A stretch of DNA of 63,023 bases, counting the filler, from Anaerolineae bacterium (GTDB lineage: Bacteria; Chloroflexota; Anaerolineae; B4-G1; DUEL01): the NCBI GenBank assembly GCA_041082215.1. It is 8 parts of 8 records of this genome, joined end to end, with 100 filler letters (N's around TTAATTAATTAA, not from the genome) between each part and the next. Parts side by side here need not be neighbours in the genome. Positions count along the whole stretch, not along the records: positions 4,782 to 26,720 come from JBDOIF010000085.1; 7 more parts are not named here. One strand, 5' to 3'. Position numbers and translations under genes: made by a program. The notes beneath the pieces are model-generated. The model made no database searches, was not told the DNA's origin, and worked only from the letters and a program-made list of their open reading frames with translations. Positions 7,690-17,089 of this stretch are shown here, one piece after another. Position 1 is the first letter of the stretch; each line of letters starts with the position of its first letter.

Positions 7690-10280
7690 ACAGCACAGCT
7701 TTGCACAAAGGGGAGAGGGCTTCGGACCGATTGACGTTGCTGACGCAGATCGTGAGGGAGCTGACAACCGGCCTGGACCTGATGGGGATCGTGCGGCGGG
7801 CACTTGCCCTGAGCCTTCAGGTCGTGGATGCAACCTCCGGGACGTTGTTGTTGCTGGAGGAGGAGGAACGCCCTGCCATGATGGTCCTTCTCCATGAGGG
7901 GAGGTTCACCCAAAAGGAGCTGACCGTGGCCCGGAGGATGCTCCATGAAGGATTGGAGGGGTGGGTGGCCCGGACCCGCCAGCCGGTTCTGATTGGCGAT
8001 GTGAGGAGAGACCCCCGATGGGCGGGAGCTGCGGATTTGGGGTGGGAAATTCAGATAGGAACGGCCCTGTGTGTCCCTCTGCTCCTGCCCCACCGGCTGG
8101 TCGGTATTCTGACCTGCGGTCACCCCCGGAGCGGTCACTTCGAGGAGGAGGACCTCCGCACCCTCCAGTTCATCGCCGACCAGGCGGCGGTTGCCCTGGA
8201 GAACGCCCGGCTGTTCGCCGCCGAGGAGCAGCGGCGGGAGCTATCCAACACCCTGAGCGAGATCGCGCGGCTCCTCACCGCCACCCTCGACCTGGACGAG
8301 GTGCTCGACCTGATCCTGGAGCAACTGGGCCGCGTTGTTCCCTACGACAGCACCGCTGCGTTCCTCCTGCGGGGCAATCGGCTGGAGATCTGCGCCTGGC
8401 GGGGGATGGAGGACACCGATGCCGTCCGTCAACTGGTCTTCGAGGTCGGGGGCAGGCACCCGATGGGGCGGGTCGTCGCCAGCCGCAGGCCTCTGGTCTG
8501 CGAGGACGTTCAGCAGGAAGAGGGATGGGAAAACGTGCCGGGGATGCCCCCGGTCCGTGGCTGGATCGGCGCCCCTCTGATCGCCCGGGGGGAGGTGGTC
8601 GGCGTCCTCACGGTAGACAGCTACGAACCGGGGACCTACAGCGCCGCCGATGCCCGCGTCGTTGCGGCCTTCGCTGACCATGCTGCCATCGCCGTCGCCA
8701 ACGCCTGGCTGTGGCAGCAGGCCCAGCGACGGCTGCAGGAGATCGCCTTCCTCCACAAGACAGGCCAGGCGCTCACCGCCTCGCTGGAACTGGACGACGT
8801 CCTCCGTAGCCTGATGGACAGTGTGCTGGAGCACTTCGACGTAGAGGCGGCCTCCATCCTTCTGGTAGACGAGGAGACAGGGGAGCTGGTCTTTCGGGTC
8901 GCTGCCGGCGCCGCCGCCGACCAGGTGATGGGAATGCGGCTCAGCCCCGACCAGGGCATCGCTGGCTGGGTCGCCCGCTCCGGACAGCCCGCCCTGGTCC
9001 CCAAGACAACCGCCGATGCCCGCTTCTACCAGGGAGTTGACCAGAAGACCGGCTTTCGCACCCAGGCCATTATGGCCGTCCCCATCCGGCTGGGTCAGGA
9101 GACGATCGGCGTGATCGAGGCCCTCAACCCGCGGGAGGGCCATCTGGATGAAAGCGATCTGCGGCTGTTGATGAACGTGGCCGCGCTGGCGGCCAGCGCC
9201 ATCCAGAACGCCCGCCACTTCACCCGCGCCCGCGACGCGGAGCAGCGGTACGCCAGCCTCTTCGAGAACAGCGCCGACCCCATCGCCATCACCGACGCCT
9301 CCGGCCTCATCACCGACGTCAACCGGCTGATGTGTGAGAAGATCGGCTATCGGAAGGAAGAAATGATGGGGCGGGAGATCGCCTCCCTCCACCGGGACCC
9401 CGATGCAACCCGGGACCGGCTCACCCAGGCTCTCCAGGGGGAAAGCGTCTTCTACAACGTCGAGGTCTGCACCCGGCACGGCTCCGTCGTCCCCTTCGAG
9501 GTCCGGGCCACCCGCGTCTTCCACGGCCCCACCCCCTTCGTCCAGTGGGTCTACCACGACCTGACGGAACGGCTGCAGCTTGAGCGGGCCCGTCAGGAAC
9601 TGACCCATATGATCATCCACGACCTGCGCAACCCCCTCTCCTCCATTATGAGCAGCCTCGACCTGATCAGCGCCGCCTGGAAGGACGGCACCATCACGAT
9701 CCCCGTGGACCAGCTCTTCGCCATCGCCGAGCGGAGCGGGCATAAACTCTACCTCCTCATTGACTCCATCCTCGACCTGGCCCGGCTGGAGGAGGGACAG
9801 ACAAAGCCCAGCCGGCAACGGATCAGCGTCCGGAACCTGGTCCGGGAGGCCGTCGAACAGATGCGCCCCCTCGCCACGTCCCGAGGGCTTACGCTGGAAA
9901 GCTCTGTACCCTCCCAGTTGCCTTCCCTGTGGGGGGATCGGACCCTGCTCCATCGGGTGCTCTTAAACCTGCTGGATAACGCCGTCAAGTTCTCGTTCCC
10001 GGACGGGGAGATTCGGGTGGAGGTGAGCCAGCCTGCGCCGGACACGATCCTCTTTGCTGTCTCCGATTCCGGGCCGGGCATACCACCTGAGGCCCACGAA
10101 CATATCTTCGAGCGCTTCGCCCGCCTGGAAGGGGGAGAGGCTCAGGGGACCGGCCTGGGGCTGGCCTTTTGCAAGCTGGCGGTGGAAGCCCACGGCGGTC
10201 GGATCTGGGTGGAGAGCACGCCGGGCCAGGGCGCGACCTTCAAGTTCACCCTGCCAGTAGGTGAGGAGACAGCCGCATGA
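7686..10280 (+). CDS. GAF x3 - PAS - histidine kinase
   Basis: ATG overlaps the dNK stop (ATGA); three GAF domains, PAS (FENSADPI...VN), H-box IIHDLRNPL, NLLDNAVKF, DSGPG, GTGLGL. Confidence 0.9.
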   Translation: MNSTALHKGERASDRLTLLTQIVRELTTGLDLMGIVRRALALSLQVVDATSGTLLLLEEEERPAMMVLLHEGRFTQKELTVARRMLHEGLEGWVARTRQPVLIGDVRRDPRWAGAADLGWEIQIGTALCVPLLLPHRLVGILTCGHPRSGHFEEEDLRTLQFIADQAAVALENARLFAAEEQRRELSNTLSEIARLLTATLDLDEVLDLILEQLGRVVPYDSTAAFLLRGNRLEICAWRGMEDTDAVRQLVFEVGGRHPMGRVVASRRPLVCEDVQQEEGWENVPGMPPVRGWIGAPLIARGEVVGVLTVDSYEPGTYSAADARVVAAFADHAAIAVANAWLWQQAQRRLQEIAFLHKTGQALTASLELDDVLRSLMDSVLEHFDVEAASILLVDEETGELVFRVAAGAAADQVMGMRLSPDQGIAGWVARSGQPALVPKTTADARFYQGVDQKTGFRTQAIMAVPIRLGQETIGVIEALNPREGHLDESDLRLLMNVAALAASAIQNARHFTRARDAEQRYASLFENSADPIAITDASGLITDVNRLMCEKIGYRKEEMMGREIASLHRDPDATRDRLTQALQGESVFYNVEVCTRHGSVVPFEVRATRVFHGPTPFVQWVYHDLTERLQLERARQELTHMIIHDLRNPLSSIMSSLDLISAAWKDGTITIPVDQLFAIAERSGHKLYLLIDSILDLARLEEGQTKPSRQRISVRNLVREAVEQMRPLATSRGLTLESSVPSQLPSLWGDRTLLHRVLLNLLDNAVKFSFPDGEIRVEVSQPAPDTILFAVSDSGPGIPPEAHEHIFERFARLEGGEAQGTGLGLAFCKLAVEAHGGRIWVESTPGQGATFKFTLPVGEETAA

Positions 10281-11545
10281 GCGGTTTCTACCCGGAACGG
10301 CTTTACTATGCCGATCCTTACCTCACCCGGTTCACAGCAAGGGTGGTCGAGCGGCTCACCTGGGAGGCCCAACCGGCAGTGGTCCTGGATCGCACGGCCT
10401 TCTACCCCACCTCCGGCGGCCAGCCGTCAGATCGGGGGACCCTCGGCGGGGTCTCTGTGGTCGGCGTGGAGGTGCGCCCGGAGGACGAGGCGATCCTCCA
10501 TCTGCTGGACGGCGAGCCGCCGACGGATCAGGTCGCCGGAGAGGTGGATTGGGAGCGACGGTTCGACCATATGCAACAGCATACCGGTCAGCATCTCCTC
10601 TCCGCCGCCTGCGAACGGCTGCTGAACGCCGACACGGTCTCCTTCCACCTCGGAGCGGAAAGCTGCACCATTGACCTGAACCGGCCCCGCATCCCTCCAG
10701 AGGCAATGGAGCCGGTGGAGGAGATGGTCAACCGGGTCATCTGGGAGGACCGTCCGGTGAGGACCCGCTTCGTCGGCCCCGATGAGCTGGACGGCCTCCC
10801 CCTTCGCCGCCCCCCCAAAGTGGAAGGGCCGGTCCGGCTCGTGGAGGTGGAGGGCTTTGACCTGAACCCCTGTGGCGGGACCCACGTCGCCCATACCGGC
10901 GAGATCGGCCTGATGAAAGTCATCCGTCTGGATTATCGGGGGGAGGAAACGCGGGTGGAGTTCCTCTGCGGGGGGCGGGCGCTGCGAGACTATCGGCAGA
11001 AGAACCGGGTTCTGCTCGACCTTTCCGCCGCGCTCACGGTAGGGTACTGGGAACTGGGGAACGCCGTGGAGCGGTTGCAGCAGGAGCTGAAGGCCGCCCG
11101 ACGGGAACTCCAGACGGCGCGGGAGCGTCTTCTGGAGGAAGAAGCCGCTCGACGGGTGCAGGAAACGGTCCCCTCCGGCCCGGTGCGGCTGATCCGGCTG
11201 GTAGAGGAAGGCCGCTCCCCAACCGACCTGCGGGGGCTGGCGCAGAGGATGGCCGCCTATCCGGGCGTGCTGGCCGTGCTGGCATCGGTGGGCGAACAGG
11301 TCCACCTCTGCGTCGCCCGTTCCACCGACGTGGAGGTCAATGCAGCCCAGATCGTGCAGGCCGCCTGCGCCCGCCTCGGCGGGCGTGGGGGCGGACAACC
11401 CCATCTGGCCCAGGGAGGCGCCCCCGCCACCGACCGCGCGCAGGTGGAGAGGCTCCTGGAAGAGATCGTTACGGACCTCGCATCCCGATTGGGTGGCCCT
11501 TCAGGGGTAAAGGAGGATAGCCATAAACAGGAGCACGGGCTATGA
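10277..11545 (+). CDS. alaX: Alanyl-tRNA editing protein (AlaX-L type) with C-terminal DHHA1 domain
   Basis: FYPTSGGQPSD, zinc motifs HMQQHTGQH and CGGTH, DHHA1-like GGRGGG...AQGG. Confidence 0.85.
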   Translation: MSGFYPERLYYADPYLTRFTARVVERLTWEAQPAVVLDRTAFYPTSGGQPSDRGTLGGVSVVGVEVRPEDEAILHLLDGEPPTDQVAGEVDWERRFDHMQQHTGQHLLSAACERLLNADTVSFHLGAESCTIDLNRPRIPPEAMEPVEEMVNRVIWEDRPVRTRFVGPDELDGLPLRRPPKVEGPVRLVEVEGFDLNPCGGTHVAHTGEIGLMKVIRLDYRGEETRVEFLCGGRALRDYRQKNRVLLDLSAALTVGYWELGNAVERLQQELKAARRELQTARERLLEEEAARRVQETVPSGPVRLIRLVEEGRSPTDLRGLAQRMAAYPGVLAVLASVGEQVHLCVARSTDVEVNAAQIVQAACARLGGRGGGQPHLAQGGAPATDRAQVERLLEEIVTDLASRLGGPSGVKEDSHKQEHGL

Positions 11546-12396
11546 ACGTGGAAGAGATCGCTTCCGGTGTCTATGTCTCCTCGTTCTATCCCGGCATCAA
11601 CGTCGGGCTGATCGTGACGGATGGCGGGGCTGTCGCGGTGGACGCCCCCCCTCTCCCGGCCGACGCCCGGTCCTGGCGGGAATGGATTCTGGCCACAACC
11701 GGCGGTCCGATCCGATACGTAGTCCTCACCGACCCCCACCCCGACCGGCTGGTCGGTGTGGGGTGGCTGGGGGCGCCGGTGATCGCCGGGGGGTTCGTCT
11801 TCCGCCAGCTCCGGGAGGGAGGCGAGTCCTGGTGGCACTCCCTGCTTGAGGAATGGGCACAGAATCAACCCGGGGGAGTGGAGATAGAGCCAGCGCCGCA
11901 GGTCTTGCCGGAGATCATCGTCAACGGAAGCGTGACGCTTCACAGCACCGTGCCCGTCGTCGTGGAGCTGGTGGCGGGGGCCACCCCCGGCAGCATCTGG
12001 GTGCGGCTTCCCCAGCAGGCGGTCGTTTTCGCTGGCGACACGGTGGTCGTGGGCAGGCATCCCCTCCTCTCCGCCGCTCCCGACACCCGGGCCTGGCTGG
12101 AGACGCTGGTCGAGCTGCGTCGCTCCCGCTCCCCTGTCCGCCTCATCGTCCCCGGCCGGGGTCCGCTCGCCCGAAAGGAGGACACCCGCGAGCTGAGCGA
12201 GTACATCCAGCGGGTCCGCCGCCGGGTCCGCGCCGTCCGCACCGCTGGCGGACGCCGGTCCGACCTGGCCAGGCTGGTGCCGGAGTTCCTCTCCCTCTTT
12301 CCAGTTGAAAAAAGCCTCCAGGAACGGGCCTGGCGAGAGGTCCAGGCGGGCCTGGAGCGGGTTTTTGAAGAGCTGGCACAGGAGGAAAAAGCTTGA
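11542..12396 (+). CDS. Metallo-beta-lactamase-fold protein with degenerate metal motifs
   Basis: NVGLI..DG.VAVDAP, LTDPHPDR at the HxHxDH position, FAGDT, IVPGRG. Confidence 0.75.
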   Translation: MNVEEIASGVYVSSFYPGINVGLIVTDGGAVAVDAPPLPADARSWREWILATTGGPIRYVVLTDPHPDRLVGVGWLGAPVIAGGFVFRQLREGGESWWHSLLEEWAQNQPGGVEIEPAPQVLPEIIVNGSVTLHSTVPVVVELVAGATPGSIWVRLPQQAVVFAGDTVVVGRHPLLSAAPDTRAWLETLVELRRSRSPVRLIVPGRGPLARKEDTRELSEYIQRVRRRVRAVRTAGGRRSDLARLVPEFLSLFPVEKSLQERAWREVQAGLERVFEELAQEEKA

Positions 12397-13331
12397 CCCC
12401 TGTGGTCATTCCCCCGCGTCCCCACAGTTTGCTGGATGAGGTGCGGGAGGTGCTGGATCAGATCGAGGCCCGCCTGACCCGCATCCCCGGCTCCGGCCCC
12501 GATGCCCTGGAAATCCTGCGGTTGCTGGACCAGGCAGCGGAGCGGCTGGAAAGGCTGGAGGCAGCCGGGGCGGATACCCGGGCAGAACGGGGCCGACTGG
12601 ACGGGGCCTGGCAGGGGTTGCAGCGGCAGGCGCGGACCTTCCTGCGCGAGGTCGGGCCGGCGCTGCGGGCAGAACGGAGCCGCCGGGCAGGCGAGTCCCT
12701 CCGTCCCTGGTGGTCGCTGGACGGGCTGTATGCCCGGCACCGGCGCCGGGTACTGGTGCGGTGGCTGTCGGCCGGGGGGGGGCTGCTGCTGCTGCTGGTT
12801 GGCGGCTGGATGGCCTACGAGCGTTTTCTGGCCCCGCCCCCCCAGCTCCGCCAGGCGCTTCGTCACGCTGCCCGCGGGCAGGAATTGCTGGAGGCAGGGG
12901 ATGTGGCAGGAGCACTGGCGGAATATGAGGCCGCCGCCCACCTGACCCCCAATGACCCGGAGATGCTCCTCCGGGTCGGCGTCCTGCGAAAGATGTCGGG
13001 AGACGAGACAGGGGCCGAGACAGCCTTCGAGATGGCCCGCAGGCTGGAGAGGAGCCAGGAGGAATTCCTCGTCCGGCGGGGGGCGGTCTTCCTGGAACTG
13101 GGGGACATAGAAGCGGCCCGCGCCGACGCCGAGGAGGCGGTCCGGCTGGCCCCCGAATGGGGGCATGGCTTCTACCTCCGTGCTTCCATCGAGGCGATGG
13201 TGGGGGAGTTCGAGGCCGCGCTGGCGGATTTCCAGCGGGCAGCCGAGCTGGCCCACGCCGCCGGGGATGCCGAACTGGAGGCTATGGCCCGTGTCCAGAT
13301 CGGCTACCTGCTCCAGCGTCCGGGTGAGTAG
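12393..13331 (+). CDS. Membrane-anchored TPR protein
   Basis: Helical N-terminal region, one TM segment (GGGLLLLLVGGW), several TPR-like repeats; TTG start overlaps the previous stop. Confidence 0.75.
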   Translation: MTPVVIPPRPHSLLDEVREVLDQIEARLTRIPGSGPDALEILRLLDQAAERLERLEAAGADTRAERGRLDGAWQGLQRQARTFLREVGPALRAERSRRAGESLRPWWSLDGLYARHRRRVLVRWLSAGGGLLLLLVGGWMAYERFLAPPPQLRQALRHAARGQELLEAGDVAGALAEYEAAAHLTPNDPEMLLRVGVLRKMSGDETGAETAFEMARRLERSQEEFLVRRGAVFLELGDIEAARADAEEAVRLAPEWGHGFYLRASIEAMVGEFEAALADFQRAAELAHAAGDAELEAMARVQIGYLLQRPGE

Positions 13332-13358
13332 AAAGCTGATACGGGAAGGAGGGTGAGG

Positions 13359-13619
13359 ATGGCCGATGAGATGGAACTGGAACGGGTTCGGGCTGTCAAG
13401 GCTGCCTACGAGAAGGAGCTGATGCGAAAGGCCAATGTGGTCGGTGTGGGGATCGGCCTGCGTAAGCGGTGGGGCCGTCCCACTGGAGAGCTTTCCATCA
13501 TCGTTTCCGTGACCCGAAAAGTACCGCTGGAGGAACTGGACCCCGAAGACGTGATTCCCCGGGAGCTGGAGGGGGTCCCGGTGGACGTGCAGGCGGTCGG
13601 CCTCCTCCGGGCACTGTAG
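13359..13619 (+). CDS. Small protein: stand-alone paralog of the N-terminal (pro-like) domain of the downstream protease
   Basis: RBS GGAGG; colinear with residues 1-85 of the next ORF (NVV.GIG, T.ELS.IVSVT.KV, LDPED..P.E..GV..DV...G.LRA). Confidence 0.8.
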   Translation: MADEMELERVRAVKAAYEKELMRKANVVGVGIGLRKRWGRPTGELSIIVSVTRKVPLEELDPEDVIPRELEGVPVDVQAVGLLRAL

Positions 13620-13642
13620 CCCTGGAGCGAAAGGAGTCTCCG

Positions 13643-14647
13643 ATGAACGAAGAGCTTGTCGCACAGATCGGTCAGGTGAAGCGGCGCCATGTCGGTAGTC
13701 TGCTTGCCCGCCGCAACGTGGTGGCCTGCGGGATCGGCTACAAGGTGAGCCGGGGAGTACGGACGCAGGAGCTGAGCCTGATCGTCTCGGTGACCCACAA
13801 GGTCCACCCCTCCGCCCTGGACCCGGAAGATATGGTGCCGCCGGAGGTGGACGGGGTCCGCACCGATGTTATCGAGACGGGTGTGCTCCGGGCCTTCCAG
13901 GGCACCACCGACCGGTGGCGGCCGGTGGTGCCACCAGGGGTTTCGGTGGGCCACTACCGTGTTACCGCCGGCACCTTTGGCTGTCTTGTCCATCGCGGGG
14001 GGGAGGTCTTCATCCTCTCCAACAACCACGTCCTGGCCGACATGAACAAGGGACGGGCTGGCGATCCCATCCTCCAGCCTGGTGCAGCCGACGGCGGCAC
14101 GATGGACGACCGGATCGCAGAGCTGGCGGATTTCGTCCCCCTGGACTTTGGAGAAGAGCAGGCGGATTGCCCTGTGGCAGGGTTCCTGGCGACGGTGCTG
14201 AACGGGCTGGCGTCCCTGACCGGCTCCAGCCACCGGTTGCAGGCGGTGCGGCAGACCCCCGGCGTGAACCGGGTGGACGCGGCGCTGGCCCGCCCCCTTT
14301 CTCCCGATATGGTGAGCAACGAGATTCTCTACATCGGTGCGCCCGTAGGGGCAGGCGCGGCGACGCTGGGAACACAGGTGCAGAAGACAGGCCGCACGAC
14401 CGGCTACACTACCGGCACCATCACCCAGATTGACGCCACCGTTCGCATTGACTACTACGGCTCCACCGCCGTTTTCGAGGGGCAACTGGTCGCCTCGCCG
14501 ATGAGCCAGCCCGGCGATTCCGGCTCGGCCATCCTGGACATGGAGCGGCGGGTGGTGGGGTTGCTCTTCGCCGGGTCGGATGCGGCGACCATCATCAACC
14601 CTATCGAAGAGGTCCTCGCTGCCCTCAACGTCCGGGTGGCGACTTAG
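13643..14647 (+). CDS. Trypsin-like serine protease, Nal1-like, no signal peptide
   Basis: GVSVGH..VTAGTFG, catalytic His in LSNNHVL, Asp in RVDAA, KTGRTTG, Ser in PGDSGS, VGLLFAG; AAGGAG RBS before ATG 13643. Confidence 0.85.
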   Translation: MNEELVAQIGQVKRRHVGSLLARRNVVACGIGYKVSRGVRTQELSLIVSVTHKVHPSALDPEDMVPPEVDGVRTDVIETGVLRAFQGTTDRWRPVVPPGVSVGHYRVTAGTFGCLVHRGGEVFILSNNHVLADMNKGRAGDPILQPGAADGGTMDDRIAELADFVPLDFGEEQADCPVAGFLATVLNGLASLTGSSHRLQAVRQTPGVNRVDAALARPLSPDMVSNEILYIGAPVGAGAATLGTQVQKTGRTTGYTTGTITQIDATVRIDYYGSTAVFEGQLVASPMSQPGDSGSAILDMERRVVGLLFAGSDAATIINPIEEVLAALNVRVAT

Positions 14648-14656
14648 CAGGACATA

Positions 14657-14683
14657 GTAGGACAAGCCTTAAGCTTGTCCTAC
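14657..14683. repeat. GTAG-type REP palindrome between convergent genes
   Basis: gtaggacaagc-cttaa-gcttgtcctac. Confidence 0.75.
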
Positions 14684-14719
14684 ACGCTTGCACACATCAC
14701 GAACCGGATAGAGATGGGT

Positions 14720-15610
14720 TCATCCGCCCCCCTGCGGGCGGAAAGCGTCGGCGATCTCCCTGAGAAGCGGGGGGATCGGCTCGCCGTTCAGCATTCGGAT
14801 CCGCAGCAGGTAGAGCCAGCGATCCGATCCCTGCACGACTACCGTCTCTGCCAGCCCTTCAGACCACTGCTCGACGAAACGGAAGGCGGGAAGCCCTGCC
14901 CACCGGAGCGACTCGACGGACTTTAGCTCCACTGTTCCCCCGGAGGACCGGGCCGCTTCCACCAGCATAAGGGCCGTGTCCTGGCTGAGCGGCTCCGCCG
15001 GACCAGGTGTCCAGCCCAGGCTTACCTCCCCGCCGGCCCCGATCCAGGTCCGCCACCCCGCCAACTGATCCCCTTCGGCCCGCACGGCCGAGAAGCTCTG
15101 AGGGATGGGCAGGTAGACCCCCTCCCGCACCCCGGCCAGGTCCCGCAACGGCACCGGCTCCGGCTGGAAGCGGACCATCCGTTCGCCGGTTATGGTTGCT
15201 GTCGTCTGGAACGCGACCCGCAACTCCCACTCACCCGGCGGGGAGACCAGGGGCAGATGGAGCGGTTCGGGAGCAATGTACCCTCCTTCCCCGTCGGACT
15301 CCAGGGAGGCCATCCACCAGAGGTGGTGGAGAGGATCGTAGATGGAGACCCAGAGCCGTGCTGCGGGGTCCCGTTCCGCCAGCCCTGGCGCCTCCACCCG
15401 GATAGTCACGTCCCTCAGGGCAGAGACGGTGGGAGGCCAGTGGATAAAAAGGGGGATAGGAGGGAGAGGTGTAGGGGTGGGAGTCGGGAGGGCCGTGGGA
15501 GTCGGTATCACTGTGGGAGAAGATGATGGAGTGGGGGCATCTCCTGCACTGCAGGCGACTAGGAGGAGAACGCACAGAAAGGGAAAGAGGTTACGGGGTA
15601 TCCGGTTCAT
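14720..15610 (-). CDS. Hypothetical lipoprotein
   Basis: Signal peptide with lipobox LVAC followed by a Pro/Thr-rich linker. Confidence 0.7.
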   Translation of the reverse strand: MNRIPRNLFPFLCVLLLVACSAGDAPTPSSSPTVIPTPTALPTPTPTPLPPIPLFIHWPPTVSALRDVTIRVEAPGLAERDPAARLWVSIYDPLHHLWWMASLESDGEGGYIAPEPLHLPLVSPPGEWELRVAFQTTATITGERMVRFQPEPVPLRDLAGVREGVYLPIPQSFSAVRAEGDQLAGWRTWIGAGGEVSLGWTPGPAEPLSQDTALMLVEAARSSGGTVELKSVESLRWAGLPAFRFVEQWSEGLAETVVVQGSDRWLYLLRIRMLNGEPIPPLLREIADAFRPQGGG

Positions 15611-15629
15611 GGGCGTGAAGCGTCATACG

Positions 15630-16946
15630 TCATACGTGATCGGTGAGCAGGCCGAGCAGGTGGCGGGGCACTTTCGCCACGATCCGGGTGCCACGAGCGG
15701 TGTGTTCCTCCTGTTCCACCTTCCCCTGCTCATGGACCAGCCGGACCAGGTCCCCCCTGTGGAAGGGGAGGACGACCTTCACAGGGACCAGGTCCGCTTC
15801 CAGCACTGCCTCCACCCTTTCCAGTAGCTGGTCCAGCCCACTGCCCGTGAGGGCAGAGATCGGGACGGGGTTGGGCAGCGTACCCGTCAGAAAGAAGGCC
15901 GGGACAGGGCCGTCCAGCCGGTCCACCTTGTTGAGGGCGGTGACCATCGGCTTGCCGGCCGCGCCGATTTCCTCCAGCGTCTCCAGCACGGTCTGCGCCT
16001 GGCGGCGGGCGTGGGGGTGGGTGATGTCCAGCACATGGAGGAGGATGTCGGCTTCCGTCGTCTCCTCCAGCGTGGCGCGGAAGGCGGCCACCAGGTGGGT
16101 CGGGAGCTTCTGGATAAAGCCGACCGTGTCGGTGAAGAGGGCTATCCGTCCGCTGGGCAGGCGGACCCGACGGGTGGTGGGGTCGAGGGTGGCGAACAGC
16201 TTATCTTCCACCAGTACGCCTGCGTGGGTGAGGGCGTTGAGGAGGGTGGACTTCCCGGCGTTAGTGTAACCGACGATGGAGACGACAGGGATGCCCTCCC
16301 GACGGCGGCGGGCGCGGTATCGGCCCCGATGGGCGCGGACCTTTTCCAGCTCCTCTTTGAGCTGGGTGATACGGCGGCGGATCACCCGCCGGTCGGTCTC
16401 CAACTGGGTCTCGCCGGGGCCGCGCACACCAACCCCGCCAGTGGCCCCGCCCGCACGGCCGCCCGCCTGACGGGCCAGGTGGGTCCAGGCGCGGGTGAGC
16501 CGGGGCAGGCGGTACTCATACTGGGCCAGCTCTACCTGAAGCGCCCCCTCCCGGGTGTGGGCGTGCTGGGCGAAGATGTCCAGGATGAGGGCGGTGCGGT
16601 CCAGCACCTTGACCCCCTCTCCCAGCGCCTCCTCCAGCTCCCGCTGGTGGCGGGGAGAGAGTTCGTCGTCGAAAATCACCACATCGGCAGCGGTCTGGGC
16701 TACCTGGTCGCTCAACTCCTCCACCTTGCCGGGGCCGATGAAGGTAGCAGGGTTGGGCCGCTCCAGCCGCTGGACCATCTGCCCCACCACATCCATACCG
16801 GCAGTGTGGGCCAGTTGGGCCAGCTCCGCCAGCGACGCCTCCACAGGCCAGGAGCCATCAGGGGAGAGGCCAGGCCCTTTCAGCTCAACCCCCACCAGAA
16901 ACCCCCGCTCCCGGGGGGGGCCGGTCGGCTCGGAAAGTCGTGCGAT
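15630..16946 (-). CDS. hflX: GTPase HflX (probable ATC start at 16946; first canonical start is GTG at 16895)
   Basis: DRTALILDIF, GPGETQLETDRR, G1 VGYTNAGKST, LFATLDPT, DTVGF, NKVD. Confidence 0.93.
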   Translation of the reverse strand: MARLSEPTGPPRERGFLVGVELKGPGLSPDGSWPVEASLAELAQLAHTAGMDVVGQMVQRLERPNPATFIGPGKVEELSDQVAQTAADVVIFDDELSPRHQRELEEALGEGVKVLDRTALILDIFAQHAHTREGALQVELAQYEYRLPRLTRAWTHLARQAGGRAGGATGGVGVRGPGETQLETDRRVIRRRITQLKEELEKVRAHRGRYRARRRREGIPVVSIVGYTNAGKSTLLNALTHAGVLVEDKLFATLDPTTRRVRLPSGRIALFTDTVGFIQKLPTHLVAAFRATLEETTEADILLHVLDITHPHARRQAQTVLETLEEIGAAGKPMVTALNKVDRLDGPVPAFFLTGTLPNPVPISALTGSGLDQLLERVEAVLEADLVPVKVVLPFHRGDLVRLVHEQGKVEQEEHTARGTRIVAKVPRHLLGLLTDHV

Positions 16947-17016
16947 CGTCCACCTCCTCTACCTTTTCTACTCACAGTATACCACAAAAGTAACTGTTCA
17001 GGGAAGGCATTCGTAA

Positions 17017-17077
17017 ACCATAAAGGACACCAGGCACACAAAGGAAAAATCTGCACCTCCTTCGTGTCCTTTATGGT
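17017..17077. repeat. Inverted repeat of the ACCA(C/T)AAAGGACAC type
   Basis: accataaaggacac (17017-17030) and gtgtcctttatggt (17064-17077), perfect 14-bp arms. Confidence 0.7.
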
Positions 17078-17089
17078 GAAGAGGTGGGA

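Noticed and set aside
8241..9953. Long antisense or alternative-frame ORFs (e.g. 8241-9953, 11940-13664, 18341-19825, 22583-24085, 40398-41939)
   Set aside because: Shadow ORFs expected in GC-rich DNA opposite well-supported genes; no recognisable motifs
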